Source: Lingula anatina (taxonomy: Eukaryota; Animalia; Brachiopoda). Taken from it: a DNA stretch of 64,000 nt. The notes beneath the pieces were generated by a model. The model saw only the letters and a list, made by a program, of their open reading frames with translations. It did no database searches and was not told the origin of the DNA. Position numbers and translations under genes: made by a program. Below, in pieces: positions 1 to 12,309 of the stretch (its first letter is position 1; each line of letters starts with the position of its first letter). The DNA is taken from NCBI GenBank assembly GCA_051362555.1, contig CM120647.1, positions 3,472,001-3,536,000 of the forward strand. Reading direction: 5' to 3'.

Positions 1-1523
1 TTTCTACACTAGGCGAGTACAGCTGTATGTGTCATGAATGGAGAAAGTTCGGCTATTGCCTGCTGAATTTTCTTTGTAGGGGTCGAAATGCAATGAATTA
101 ACGCCAATTTCTATAAAAAATTCTGAATTTTCTCAAGAAGATGTTTCTTTTAATTTAGGAAAACGCAACATTTGACTAGAGCACCCCCCCCCCCCCCCAG
201 TGGCAGCTATGTGCAGTACGTCGTTCACCAACGCTTTTCTGATGCACTATATAGGAAAATGTTGTGATTGAGAACATATATCCCTTTTTTATTGCACTAT
301 TTATTTAATATCACCATTGTCGGCGTTCATCTGATATATGTACACAACATGGACTCAGGATTTCACCTCATCGGACGCTGTTATTGATCTTTGTCCGCAG
401 ACAACGTAAACTAATGAGCGTCAATTATCTCGTCTGCTGCACGTTATTGATATTTGATTGCCTTGTTATAGTTCTCCAGGCTCCGCGCATAGTTCAGAAA
501 TAACCTAGAACATTGAGGGACACATTCTGTCTTCCTTTTCTTATCTAACCAAATTAAATCAAGAAAATATATCTAAATGATAGGTAGAATGGGGTTTAAT
601 AATTCTGTAAAACTGCCGGTTGTGGGGGACATTGGTTCATTTTATACCCTAATAACCCTGGCCCATCCCTTGTCCACGCATTAACGAGTAACGTAGAGAG
701 GACAGTGTTGTTGCTATCACAATATGTACACTAGTCCTACCAGAGTAGTGTCAACTACCAGAGTATAGAACTCAGGCAAGACAGATAGGGCCTACATATA
801 GGCCTACCGTCTGCGAAAATTGAAATAAAAAAAGGGAGTGTAAAAATAACTTCCTTTACTTTTAAGTAATGAACAATATTTATAAAATCAAATCCTTTTC
901 AACCAATATATTATCAATTTATATTTGAACTAAAAATCACAAGATGTAGACTCTAGGCAGAAATAGCTTGAACGTAGCGCTGAACTGGGATGCGCTTGAT
1001 GTGCCCCGATTCTCCTCCGATATAGTGTGTTAGTTGTGACAGATATGTTGATTGCGTTTTCACTGCGGGTCTTTTTTTCATCAACAGACTTGTTCTTTCG
1101 GATCGGAATACTATTTTCATGCATTTCGCACGTTATGGAATATATCTAGGAATATTAACGCCGTAAGAAAATGTCATCTTCTCCCATTCAATTGCCACTG
1201 GCACCTCGCCTTACATATGCAAACATTCAGTGAAGATTTTTTGGGATGTGAAAGAGCAGAATACAAGTTAACAAGTTGCAAGTTAACACAATCGAAGAGG
1301 AGTGCATTTTAGTTTATTGGGTATTAGTATAAAGACTATTTGATTCCCTTCTAATAAATGCTTCAAGACTTCTGGTTTGTGATAACGAACAAATCTTATC
1401 TTCATTCGTGTCTTTCATTCTCTTTCTACAAAATCATAGATCTAATCAACACAAAACGGTGTTCAGTCATCCAACTTTTCCTGAAGTCAAAGTCGTCGGG
1501 TAAACATTCATTTGGGCTTGTTG

Positions 1524-1850
1524 TATACATGTCGACTCTCCCGGATAATCTGGGAGTCTCCCGGATACAGAACGAATCTCCCCGTCACCCGTACAAGCAA
1601 TAAAGTTAACCAAATCTCCCGGATAAAAGCGACTTTGAAAATTTGCACCACTGTCAGCTAACGCCCTGTCGATTTATCTTCAGACTAGTTGGATGATCTT
1701 TTGAAAACTTCATATTTTGAGATAGGGGTCCCCCACCCCACCCCCCACTGAGCACCTGATCACAACGCCCCCCCCCCCCCCCCCCCCCCCCTGCTATTTA
1801 GCAAAATTTTAGAATGTCCAGATTTTAGATTTCTAGAGGTGGGCATCTCT
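1524..1850. mobile_element. Small non-autonomous DNA transposon (hAT-like MITE) with poly-C core
   Basis: Imperfect terminal inverted repeats (TATACATGTCGAC... / ...GGTGGGCATCTCTG) and repeated subterminal CTCCCGGATA motifs. No clean TSD. Confidence 0.35.
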
Positions 1851-2327
1851 GTTATTAGACACCTGGCAGGATCAGGTATATAATATATATATGTGAGTGG
1901 AAAAACAGGAAATCACATGCCTAGAAAACTTTAATTTTATCTGGTTTTCTTAGAATGTGTTTCCATAGTAACAAAGCTTCCTTGGATACCCATCTATTGC
2001 TGCATGATTGTCAAATACATGTATAGCCTTATGGGCTATTTTAAAATTTTTGAATGAAATTTTAGAAATTTTGTAAAAATTGCTGTAATGTAAAACTTAT
2101 AACACTGTTTTATCTCTCAATAAGATTGTTCATAACTGCAAAATAAAAAAAAAGCTTATTAAAAAAAAAGTAAAAGTGAAAAGCTAAAAATATAGCCAAA
2201 ATGTCATGAGTGTAATACTGTGTAGCTGCAGTTGATTCAAACTTTTTAAAATGTCACATTATTTAAAAACTGCCCATGGTATTTGTTCAACTTATTTCTT
2301 ATAGTTAAAGAAGTTCTCCACCGGATC

Positions 2328-2364
<37 letters not shown>

Positions 2365-2901
2365 ATGAATTTTCCTGGGGTAAGGAGCAATTTTCTCCTA
2401 CTCACTAACTGCTGCTTGACCCGTCCTACACTTGGAATTCTATATTTATTCCATTTTTAGTTTAAAATGACTGGCCAGTGAAATAGATAATCTACAGTCA
2501 CACACAATGCCTAGTTTTCACACAAGAAAATAGGTCATGCAGTATTGCAGCCCTGTGCCATGTATAATTATAGACCTTGCAAGCTGGCATTGGCTACGTG
2601 AAGAGAATAATAATGACACTAGGTATGTGCCAGATAGTTGACTTTTGATCTAATTTTTTATTCAATATAACTGATATATGATGATTCTAAAAAGAATGAC
2701 AGAGACATTGTCTTGTTATTACAAATAGTAATGCAATAGTGAAAATGTCTAGTTTGTTCAAAAATTCACTTGGACCTCAGTGAATTCAGTAGATTTTAGG
2801 AAACTGGTGGTCCAATTGGCCAGAAAACTGAAAAGTTTATGGCAAAGATTGCACTAATAAAGGAAACTTTTTTCAAATTTAATGATCAATATGAAATTTA
2901 C

Positions 2902-3990
2902 CGCTGTGTGCACTGGATGTGCCAGTGCCAAAGAGGCTAACATTATGAGATTTGGAAATTGATCCTTATGATCAGTAGCTATCAATTCCCAGAGTTTTGC
3001 AGTTGAATGCCTTGGGTAACACTGAGTGAGAAGATCATTTTTTATAATTCTCCATTCTTTCTTCACCTCTTGAGCATCAATAAGGGTCTTGGACACAGAT
3101 TCCTTTGATTTCTTTGTGTGCATTTTCTCTCCAAAGTGAGATGTCAGCATTTCCATGGATTCATCCCCCCCAACACTGCAGCTCATCCTGACTGAGTAGA
3201 GAAATGGGCTTCATCCCCAAAACACAGAAAGAGGACATCAGCTCCTGGTCAGGGAATCTGGGAATAATACAATACAGAACTAAATTCTAAGATGCACACA
3301 AAGTAAAAACTTCTTTTTAATAAAAAGAAAAATTAAATTATTGATTTAAAAATAATTGTACATAATATTTGGCTATAATTGAAAAAGTCATTAAATTTGT
3401 TATAAATCAAAGCGAGTACTTAAAAGGAATGAATAATTTAAGAAAAACTCATAATCTTTAATGGCACAACTTGTAATGTATTGGTGAAATCAATTAATAT
3501 CATATGGGTTTAAAATCAAAATATTAATTACCTTTTTTCAGAATTATCAAGCATAGCTTGGATGGAATCCCTTTTAGTAACCTCAGTCTTGTACTTTGAG
3601 TGTGCAACCACATGGTTCACTTTGAAAGTAGCTCCAATAAGGTGCTCCTCTAATTGTTTGCTAAAGGTCTAGATGCACAGATCCTTCTTTAATGACCTTC
3701 AAGTCCATTTTGCAGCTATCCACAACTGGCTGGAAGTCATGTTTAATTTGCATAAATTAATAACAGAAAACTATTTTTGTCAACCTTAAACTGAAAGCTA
3801 TACTTCTTGTTTGTTTCAGTATGTTATAGCAAAAACTTAAAACTTTTGAAAAGTACTGTAAGTTAAATCATTAGCACTAAATTTAATAAGTGACATAGTT
3901 ATCATAAATAAACTTAAAGAGCCTGACTTTTACCTTTACAGTTCCTATGTCAATGACTTTCATTTGGAAAAATAAACTCAGCTGATGATC
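2902..3990 (-). pseudogene. Decayed spliced ZNF862-like / hAT-family transposase C-terminal region (dimerisation domain)
   Basis: Three GT-AG exons with matching phases: ~3990-3934 (QLSLFFQ..IDIGTVK), 3729-3532 (PVVDSCK...IQAMLDNSEK) and 3257-2902 (RFPDQELMSSF...EWRIIK...LWELIATDHKDQFPNLIMLASLALAHPVHTA). The FPNL..LA..AL..PV.TA motif is typical of hAT/ZNF862 C-termini. Stops and frameshifts are present, including one in the 7-G run near 3165-3171. Confidence 0.75.
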
Positions 3991-3994
3991 AATT

Positions 3995-4470
3995 GTTTGT
4001 ACCAATTTTCAGAAACTACACAGACCTAAGCTGTCATATTATAGTGAGGGATTACAATCAGCAACTCCTTTCATCTTTGGGAGTTTGGGGTTAATCGGTG
4101 CATTTTCATGGAAGAAGCAATCATTAGATACGGAAACTGAAAACTCTCTCTAATTCTGGAACCGTAAAAGCTAGAGACCTTTTTTTTTTTGCATTTTTTG
4201 TAGAACTTGTCAAATGTAATACTGGAGGTGGTGTCCTTTTTTTTTTTTTTTTTTTGTTTTCGACATGGTTTTTTCATTGCACTATACAATTATTCCAAAA
4301 TTAGCAGAGATATGCCCATAGTTACTATTGAACTAAGGAAGTCATATACTGGTAATCTACTGTAACTGTGACCTTAAAATTGACCTTTGACCTACTTTTC
4401 ATTATGAACTGCACTTTGCAAGTTTTCCAATCTTCATGTCTCCAAAACTGGCAAAGATACACCCATAATT
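3995..4470 (+). mobile_element. Helentron/HINE-like element fragment, left part; continues at ~12176-12310 beyond the nested insertions
   Basis: Homologous to 31595-32100 and to the reverse complement of 48780-48885. Contains the ~145-bp TGACCTTTGACC unit, which breaks at CCCATAATTA and resumes as ATTGAACTTGAATAGG near 12183. Confidence 0.6.
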
Positions 4471-5435
4471 AATACCTTTTGCGTTACACGTGACTGGCCT
4501 TATTTTTCGAGCGTGGTACAATATTGAAGCACAATATTCTGCGTGAATCGTGATTCAGGAACTTCTTTGTTCCGCGTTATTAATTGGTATGAATTCATCA
4601 ACGTGATTCGTAAAAATGTTTAATTAGCATTAGAGGAATTTGTTCTAGATAGTCCCAAACTTTGTATCATGATTGTAGGGCGATCATTCACTGGAGATAA
4701 ATTCAACAAACTCTTCAAACAAGGCAGGTAGAAATTCCCAGATAGCAAGAAGGCGTTGGCCCGACGCTGGGCCAACGTCGGCATGGTTGGCCTTACGACG
4801 TCGGGCCAACGTCGTAAGGCTGACCAGTACACTGGGCCAACGTCGGGCCAGCGACGGTGCCGGCGTCGGGCCGACGTCCGTGCTCATCGGCCATCTGTTG
4901 GCCCGACGTCGGCCCAACGTCGTTTTGCCGACCAGCTGACGTTGGCCCGATGGTGGGCCGACGTTGGCCCGATGGTGGGTAATGGTTGGCCCGATGGTGG
5001 CCCAGCATCAGGGTTATGACGTTGGTACGATGTTGGCCCAATGTAATTATGCCATCCAGCTTATTGGCCCTACGTAGGCCCAAAATTACCTTTTTTTTTT
5101 TTTTGTTCCAAAGTAAGTGATTAATCGACTTAACGAAATTATAAGCAAAAACAACAACACTTTGTCTGTCTCCAACACAAATATATTCTTTATTATATCA
5201 TAGTGGTGATTTCATGGCCAAATTTCATTGCTGAAAATTCCTACTTTAGATAAAGTCTGAAAATTATATTAACTGAATATTTAATTAGTTACATAAAAGT
5301 TATTTATGAATGAACCTTATATTAGCCCTATACATTAAGTTCTACAGGATGTTTTCAGTTTTAAAAGGCCTGAATCACTTTATTTATGGCTTCATTTTTT
5401 AGTTAAAGTTAAAATCTGTTCAATTATGTTAAAAT

Positions 5436-5474
<39 letters not shown>

Positions 5475-6048
5475 CCAAATCAACAGTAAATACAGTGTCA
5501 ATACATTTAATAAAAAAGAAACTTGTCTTTTTGTACAAAACAATGTAAGTTTAAAATAACAACACTGCAAAAGGGCAAATACTCAGACACTAAACAGGGG
5601 CAAATGTCACTTATATACATTTTTTTTACAAAACAAAGCTGCTCATCGAATCTGAGCTAACACAAAAATACCAAAATTGTAATTAATTCTGCATGTACAA
5701 TGGGTTCGAGGAGGAAAAATATTTTTGCACACTTTAACCTAAATAATATTATACATTGTCATTTTTAAACTAATTCAAACATATCATTAATAATCATAAT
5801 CACAAATCACTGTAGTTCTGTAATGAATAAATCTTGAATAATGAATGAAAAAAAAAACTTTGTTTTTTAGATGATGGTGAGTTATAATAAAATTATAAAT
5901 AACCATGCAGTAACTGTTTCAATGTATTCAACTTGCATGCTGGCTACATACATATAAACTCTGAAAAAGAATTATGTATACCCTAGCATAGATATAGATG
6001 TACAATAAAAAGAGAATTACATGTGCACAAAGACAAACCCCAGTATAT

Positions 6049-6259
6049 TGTTGATGCTTTTGAATTAAATTACATCACAATTCAAATCACTCAATGAATT
6101 GAACCAGTTTGCAACGCTTGTGCTTTTTTCATATTCATAACACTAAGAAATGATACATCCGGCTCCTTGACAAGCTAATAATAATTAAAGGAATTAACAA
6201 TGGAACAAGTAACTCTACTAAGTTAACAACAGTTTATTCAAATGTCAAGTCAAAACACA
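6049..6259 (-). repeat. 3' LTR of the Gypsy element
   Basis: Aligns by eye with 11159-11372 and is immediately preceded on the minus strand by the polypurine tract. Confidence 0.8.
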
Positions 6260-6589
6260 TCCCTTCCTTTCATGGAGAGAAACGGTCCTTTCAAAATATG
6301 CTAATTGACAGTTCACTCTTTAAATTGTCTTTTCAAACATTTGCAGAATAACATATGACCTCCAACTATAATTCTTTTAACCACACTGAAAATTCTCAAA
6401 TCTAATCAACTCATATCAAACCCCATGTCCTTTCACTACTACAAATTCCACACGGTCTCTTCCTTTACCTGCCTATTAACCGATTACAGTGACGTCATAT
6501 TTGCTCCGTAACACTAGTCCCGCGGCCATGCTGGAGGGAATGAACGACGGGGAATAGTAGCGTAAATATAGGTAAACCAAATAAAATAA

Positions 6590-6740
6590 AGTAAACTTCA
6601 TATCACGATCAAGGACACCAAAGGGAAAAGGATATATACAAGCTGAGGCTTCAGCTGCTCAGCGGGATCGACCGATATGAACTCAAGACAGTCTAAAAAC
6701 GTGAAATCCTACTAAATGCTACTTACCCAACATCGTGTTG
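6590..6740 (+). pseudogene. N-terminal remnant of the ISL2EU-type second ORF
   Basis: Translates as EKDIYKLRLQLLSGIDRYEL..*..LLNATYP, resembling the RY..KL....GIDPYEL...LP..TYPDI start of the companion protein in THAP/ISL2EU elements. Confidence 0.5.
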
Positions 6741-7172
6741 TCAGAAGATAGTTCAGTTATCTTGTACTTCATTTTTCTTGTTCATTGGGTAATAACAGTT
6801 ATAGTTTGAGAGAGTTTAATGTGTAATCATAAGTTTAACCTTAAAAAGAAGCAACTGTTTTCATAAAGGATAGATATAAGAAATTTGAGCTGATCATCAG
6901 GATAAACCCTTGTGGATTCAAGGAAGAATGTATGATTGTCTTATGACATGAAATATTGCTGTTAGTTATGACTTATCTTTACATCGTGAAGCTGTCAGAA
7001 ATTATTTCAGCATTCTTGTACTTCATATTGGTTCATTAGAAAGTACATGTAACAAGACTGTTGTTAATTCATATAAGCAACATTGTTAGCATTTTATTAT
7101 TAGTTCAGTCATTCACAGAAGCATTTGTTAGGCACTACAAATATCTTCAAACCTCAGTTTACGTGGGACTTA

Positions 7173-7718
7173 GAGCGCATTCTCAACGAATAAAGCCAGG
7201 CTTTACAAAGCCGGTGACCTAAAAATGGCGGACGTACATGAAAGAAAAACCGCCTAATCTTTTAATAGTCTCTCCGCCTCTCACACGCCTCCCCACACGT
7301 CGTCCCTGCGGGGTACAGTAATTAAATCTCGGCTCCGAACATTAATATTTCCGTGAATATCTCTGGTGATATTATCTCCGTAGATAGTCGATTCATTGCT
7401 GCTCTACGGGCCAAATTATTCCTTTTTCGTCTCTGTTTTCAAAGATAATAGAACAGAAGAGCTTTTTTCCTTCGATCGCCTTCAGCCGCCATGCTTTCTT
7501 CACCACGAGTTTAACTGATGAGCATGCGCACTTAATATTTCTCAGGTAGCTTCCGCATGGCGAACGGAGACGCGATTTAATTACTGTACCCCGCAGGGAC
7601 GACGTGTGGGGAGGCGGAGAGACTATTAAAAGATTAGGCGGTTTTTCTTTCATGTACGTCCGCCATTTTTAGGTCACCGGCTTTGTAAAGCCTGGCTTAA
7701 TTCGTTGAGAATCCGCTC
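7173..7718. mobile_element. MITE with ~165-bp TIRs and TTA target duplication (Tourist/PIF-like)
   Basis: GAGCGCATTCTCAACGAA... / ...TTCGTTGAGAATCCGCTC near-perfect long inverted repeats. TTA at 7170-7172 and 7719-7721. Confidence 0.85.
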
Positions 7719-9289
7719 TTAGAGAATGGGAATTTGCCATGGGACTATACACTTGATAACAATGGAGCAATAGAAACTATGTCAATGATGAAAAAGACGT
7801 GTCCTTTGTATCAAAATAAAGGTGGTAAGTTGTGTTGTAAATAAGTTTTCAAAATACATCTACTGTCATAAAAAGTATTGTATCAAACTGATTTTATAAA
7901 ATTTAATATACCATTTGTATTGAAAATATTTTGCTAGGTATTCAGTGAACAAAATTCATATGTTTTAAATTAACTTTAAAACTGCAATATCAGGTATTTG
8001 TTGTTCTCTTTTTTTAATGTAAAGCCTAACTATATTGGGGATTTTCAGATGCTATTGTTTATACATAAGTAAAGTATGCAGAACATTTGCTCTATTACAT
8101 CATCAACTTTTTAAATTATTTCAGCATTCTTGTACTTCATTTTAGTTCATTAGAAAATACATGTAACAAGACTGTTGTTTGAGAGAGTTTAATATTCACC
8201 ATGAATGCAACCATTCATATAAGCAACATTGTTAGGATTTTATTATTATTCAGTCATTCACAGAAGCAAGGCATTTTTCACACTTATGTATTTATGATGT
8301 CCAATGTAAAATAACAATAATTCAGTTCATGAATTGATTTCTACAACCATTTGCTTAAACATATAGGAAAAGTGCACATTTTGTATGAATAAAAGTGAAC
8401 ATGAAATGCTGAGTTCTGAGTGTCGCTTCAATTAAATAACTCCTGTCATGCACTGGATTTCACTCTCCTGATGTTCAGATCCTGTCTCCTCAGCTGGTCA
8501 CAGAGATCTAGGAATATTTTTTGCTGCTTCTACCTTGTGTGTCATCTAGCTGCCTTTTGTACCTGTCATCAAAAGCTTCCTTTTTTTTTTTTTATATAAT
8601 TTACTTGCACCCAATCAGTGTGGCTTGGTGGGAAATGCCTGATCAATTTCCTAAATGTAAATTAATAGAAAGATAACAATAGTGATTTTTATTCATATTA
8701 TAACTTACAACATTACAGTTGAAAGGAGCAGAATTTAACATTTTTACAGAGAAAAGTGCAAAATTATTTCATGAGGTTATCAAAGTTATATGTCAATTAC
8801 ACCTGAGGAAGAATTTACTTGCAAAATAAAATTACTCTTATCACTACACCAAATCGAAGCCACTAACTTCCAAATACACTTCATACAGGTAATTGATTTA
8901 ATTGGCCCAGCTCAGCTGTGTACAGTACAAATATAGCCTTGACACTAATTGGGAATAATGCTAACCAGGTATAAAAGAGGTAGGTGACAGCCGATAAAAT
9001 CTAGAGAGCACCGTAACTGATAACAAATTACACCCAAGGCAATAGGTGAGTCTTTATTATAAAAGTCGAAACCCTGCCTGGGTATTTCAACACGTTTTAA
9101 CAAATTAACACACTCTCCACCCACACTTTTTGGGCACTACTTTAAATATATACGTGCGCCCCAAACGTACACACCTAGGTCTTTGGTGTTCTACTTTTTT
9201 TTCTTTTATGGTAAAATCTGCACAGTTGGCTCTTCATTCTTTGCTATAAAATAAATTAGTTTTATCCTTTACTATTCCGAAGAGTCTTG

Positions 9290-9429
9290 ATTCAAAGCCA
9301 CCTCGCCGTCTCTCCTCCGTTTATGGTTTTAGTTCCTTCACCATGGATTTTTACCACTGCAGGCAGTCTGTGAACGCTTGTAAAGTTAGTTACCTTCTCT
9401 CGACCAAATACCCTGCAGTAATTCATCAT
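9290..9429 (-). pseudogene. THAP-domain N-terminus of the ISL2EU-like transposase (frameshifted)
   Basis: MMNYCRVFG...HRLPAVVKIHGEGTKTI/TEERRR.WL..IK matches the THAP pattern M.N.C.V.GC...F.RLP.V....GE......EERR..WL. Confidence 0.65.
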
Positions 9430-9579
9430 TTTGCTCGGTTAAATATGAAAGAAAATACAGAAAACGAAAACTGAACTACATTTGTACAGACATGACTTGT
9501 TCATGCGCAGCAGACGATTCCGGTCTCCCTCCAGTATGGCTGCCGTTTGTTTTGATGACGCAGGCTCTAATGGGTCAAT

Positions 9580-10163
9580 ATGTCACATTCAAATGTTCCC
9601 TTCACTTTTAAAGATTTCTCAGACGTGTATGAATAATACTGTTTGTTTTGTGGTCCTCCACAAGAGCCTGAGCCACATTTATTTTTCTTATTTTCATTTT
9701 TATAATTATTATTATTATTATTATTTTTATTTATTTATTTTTTTTTTTGGATTTCAGCATTCCCCATGTATTTTCATCAATGATATTAAAATATGCACCT
9801 GAATCTGGTAATACACTGAGATCAACGCCGCCTATCTCTATTTCCACCATATTTGGCATGTCTGTGTATATTGCATTGGTTCCCACACCAAATGTATATG
9901 CACCCCTGGATTATCATGTTCATAACTGTCATTTACATGAACAATAGTTTCAGTTTTGCAGACTTTTGCAAAGTGATCCAACGTTCCATGTTTTCTCAGT
10001 CGGTGGGTTTCTACTTCGTTTTTCATGTCTGAACTCGTGGTGTTTAGACTGAGTTGGTTTGTTAAATGACTTCGGTCTCACCATACTCACAGTTTCTGGT
10101 GTTCCACTTTCATTTAAAGCGTTATTCATGTTTCTCACCTGTGTAACAGTGTTTGAGAGAGTC
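9580..10163 (-). pseudogene. Gypsy gag C-terminus (Zn-knuckle remnant) and aspartic protease
   Basis: HFAKVCK knuckle remnant; VEIEIGGVDLSVLPDSGAYFNIIDENTWGMLK with catalytic DSGA; YSYTSEKSLKVKGTFECDI continuing at 6474-6420 as *AGKGRDRVEFVVVKGHG. Confidence 0.8.
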
Positions 10164-10166
10164 CTG

Positions 10167-10853
10167 GGGCCGGTTTCACAAAGCAGTAGTTAGTTAGCGA
10201 TCGGTAGTTAGCCTCTCGCTAGTTATAGTGCCGTTTCACGAAGCAGTCGCTAGTTCTCTCGCTCGTTATTGTCTCGTTGTTGCCTTGGATATTTAACGAC
10301 TGGTCAGACCAGTCGCTAACTCTAGAGTTTCATCGTACGCATGCGTAATGAGTGAAATAAAAAGGTTGCTTAGTTACCGTTGTCTGTCGTTTGTCTTTGT
10401 ATCCAATATGGCGGCTACTTTTCTTGCTATCCGTACCGCCAGACGGCAACGTAGACTACGACGTTTTCATGAAAGGCAGAATCTATTAGAATATACACAC
10501 GATGATGCAATTTACAAGAGGTTGCGCCTAGCTGTGACAAAAAGAGCGGCAAAAAGGTGGTGGAGATCCTTTACGACGACCTCAAAGCAGACGTTCTTAT
10601 GCATTTTCAGCCACCAAAAATTGGAGAGTTAGTGCTTTCGTGACACTTTTACGCAAGAGTTCCACTTCCGGCAGACGGTTTCGAGACTACGGAGAGTAAC
10701 GAGAGAACTAACGACCGAACTTTACGACTGAACTTAGCGATGAGTTAACGACTGCTTCGTGAAACACCCCTCGAAAATCGCTAAGTTTGCTCGTTAGCGA
10801 GGTAGTTCAGTAGTTAGTTGTTCTAACTAACTACTGCTTTGTGAAACCGGCCC
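10167..10853 (+). mobile_element. Harbinger deletion derivative retaining the 5' end of a HARBI1-like transposase
   Basis: TIR GGGCCGGTTTCACAAAGCAGTAGTTAGTTAG at both ends and CTG TSD (10164-10166, 10854-10856). Internal MAATFLAIRTARRQRRLRRFHERQNLLEYTHDDAIYKRLRL resembles Harbinger transposase N-termini. Confidence 0.85.
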
Positions 10854-10856
10854 CTG

Positions 10857-11103
10857 AAAATATCTTGTACAGTACACCTGTCCCTGCTGAATGCAACATA
10901 AGCGCGCGTCTCCTCTGACATGTATTTTTAATTTTCTGTCTTTGTTCATTATTTATTCCGTCCGTTGGTTCTGAAACGATCAATCCTTTTCCGTCAGCGA
11001 AGAGTTTAAAACTGTAAAGCCAGCGCGTCCAGCGTGGCCCTAATGTCTCCCGCTCCGGACTTCTGTACGGTTCGAATTTCGTAATTTCACATTTTTCCTC
11101 CAT
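10857..11103 (-). pseudogene. gag: Gypsy gag N-terminus
   Basis: MEEKCEITKFEPY...LGPRWTRWLYSFKLFADGKGL...RRRALMLHSAG just downstream of the PBS. Continues as VQDIFRTL across the Harbinger insertion. Confidence 0.8.
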
Positions 11104-11144
11104 TTTCTCAAAGAAAGTTGGCTCGCAGTTTTGCACTAGAGTTA

Positions 11145-11157
11145 ATCCTCGTCGCCA
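11145..11157 (-). promoter_or_regulatory. Primer-binding site complementary to the tRNA-Ser(GCU) 3' end
   Basis: TGGCGACGAGGAT, 1 nt after the LTR's terminal CA. Confidence 0.75.
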
Positions 11158-11158
11158 G

Positions 11159-11372
11159 TGTTGATGTCTTCGAATTAAATCGCATCACGAATCAAATCAC
11201 TCGACGAATTGTATTGGTTTGATACACTTGTGCTTTTTTCATATCCATAACTCTAAGAAACGCTACATCCGGGTCCTTGACCGGCTTATCATAAAAGGCG
11301 GAATTTTAAAAAAGCGGAACGAATAGCTCTAACAAATTAACAGATCATTCAAATGTCAAGTCAAATTAAACA
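11159..11372 (-). repeat. 5' LTR of the Gypsy element
   Basis: Direct repeat of 6049-6259, adjacent to the PBS. Confidence 0.8.
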
Positions 11373-12080
11373 AATAGTGGATTAATGAGGGGATTTTGAA
11401 AAAAAGAGAGAAAGAGATTGAGATAAATTAAATCAAAATTGATCAAATGATGTTAGTTCAATGCATTCAGCTCACTGGTCTATAAAAAAATAAATAAAAA
11501 ATAAAAAATAATAAAAGTAAATAAAAAAATGACATCATATATTGGCTTGATGGCGGTTTGACATGAAATTAAAAAAGACTGGTCCAACATAAGTTTAATA
11601 CTTTAATACTTAAAAAATGACGTTGGCCCTACATTGGATCAACGACAAAAAATGATGTTGGTCCTACATTGGCCCAACGTTGGCCCTACATCGGATCAAC
11701 GTCAAAAAAAGGACGTTGGCCCGACGTTGGCCCAACGACGGCAGGCCAACGTCAACAGTGCCAACGTTGGCCCAACGTTGGCCCGATGGCGGCATGCCAA
11801 TGCCGACCAATTGCCAACGGTGCCGACGTTGGCCCAACGTCATCTTGCTATCTGGGAAAGTGGAAATGTGAGTAGTTTGCTACTTTCCTGTTCTATTCGT
11901 ATATCATCGCCTTAGTCTCTGTCACGGGAATCCTGACCAATAAGAATGGCTGAATATCTCTAAACAGACGATTCATGTCATTCAACATACGAAATTAATT
12001 ATTCTGGGAATGTTATGAATTCTTTGCATTCCTGCAAGTATAGCAATTTTCTATCTTGATGAATGGTGATAGCTTTCAAA

Positions 12081-12159
12081 TCTTCGTGATTGGTGATTGA
12101 CCTGAATATATCTTCGTGATTGGTGATTGACCTGTTTTAATTCTTCGTGATTGGTGATT
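12081..12159. repeat. ~30-bp tandem repeat, 3 copies
   Basis: TCTTCGTGATTGGTGATT(GACCTG) three times. Confidence 0.85.
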
Positions 12160-12309
12160 AAGGGGGAGTATTTCTTACCCTCATTGAACTTGAATAGGAT
12201 GTCATATACTGCCAATCTAACTGTGATCCTGAAATTGACCTTTGACCTAATTTTCACCATGAACTGAGCTTTGCAAATTTTCTATCCCTTATATCTCGAA
12301 AACTGGCGA

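Larger units (their letters stand above)
6477..9577. mobile_element. ISL2EU-like (PIF/Harbinger-related) DNA transposon deletion derivative
   Basis: Imperfect TIRs (TAACCGATTACAG..CGTCAT..GCGGCCATGCTGGAGGGA vs reverse complement TGACCCATTAGAG..CGTCAT..GCAGCCATACTGGAGGGA). AT target duplication at 6475-6476 and 9578-9579. Two convergent gene starts. Removing it rejoins the Gypsy protease in frame. Confidence 0.7.
6049..11372 (-). mobile_element. Old Gypsy (Mag-like) LTR retrotransposon, internally deleted after the protease and interrupted by two DNA transposons
   Basis: Diverged TG...CA direct repeats at 11159-11372 (5' LTR) and 6049-6259 (3' LTR). PBS TGGCGACGAGGAT at 11157-11145, PPT AAAGGAAGGGA at 6270-6260, with gag and protease remnants between them. 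Confidence 0.85.
4737..11856. mobile_element. CCC-terminated TIR element with subterminal repeats (CMC/EnSpm-like), non-autonomous, carrying nested TEs
   Basis: Perfect 14-bp TIR CCCAGATAGCAAGA (4737) / TCTTGCTATCTGGG (to 11856). Dense arrays of (GTT)GGCCCAACG-type subterminal repeats at 4755-5085 and 11580-11840. No perfect TSD (TT/AA flanks). Confidence 0.65.

Noticed and set aside
4620-5083. Overlapping ORFs rich in LAQRWP/VGPT (also 11634-11915)
   Set aside because: Translation artefacts of GC-rich palindromic subterminal repeats.
4733-11860. piggyBac assignment for the CCC...GGG element
   Set aside because: No TTAA duplication on the flanks, and the subterminal repeat arrays fit CMC/EnSpm-like elements better.
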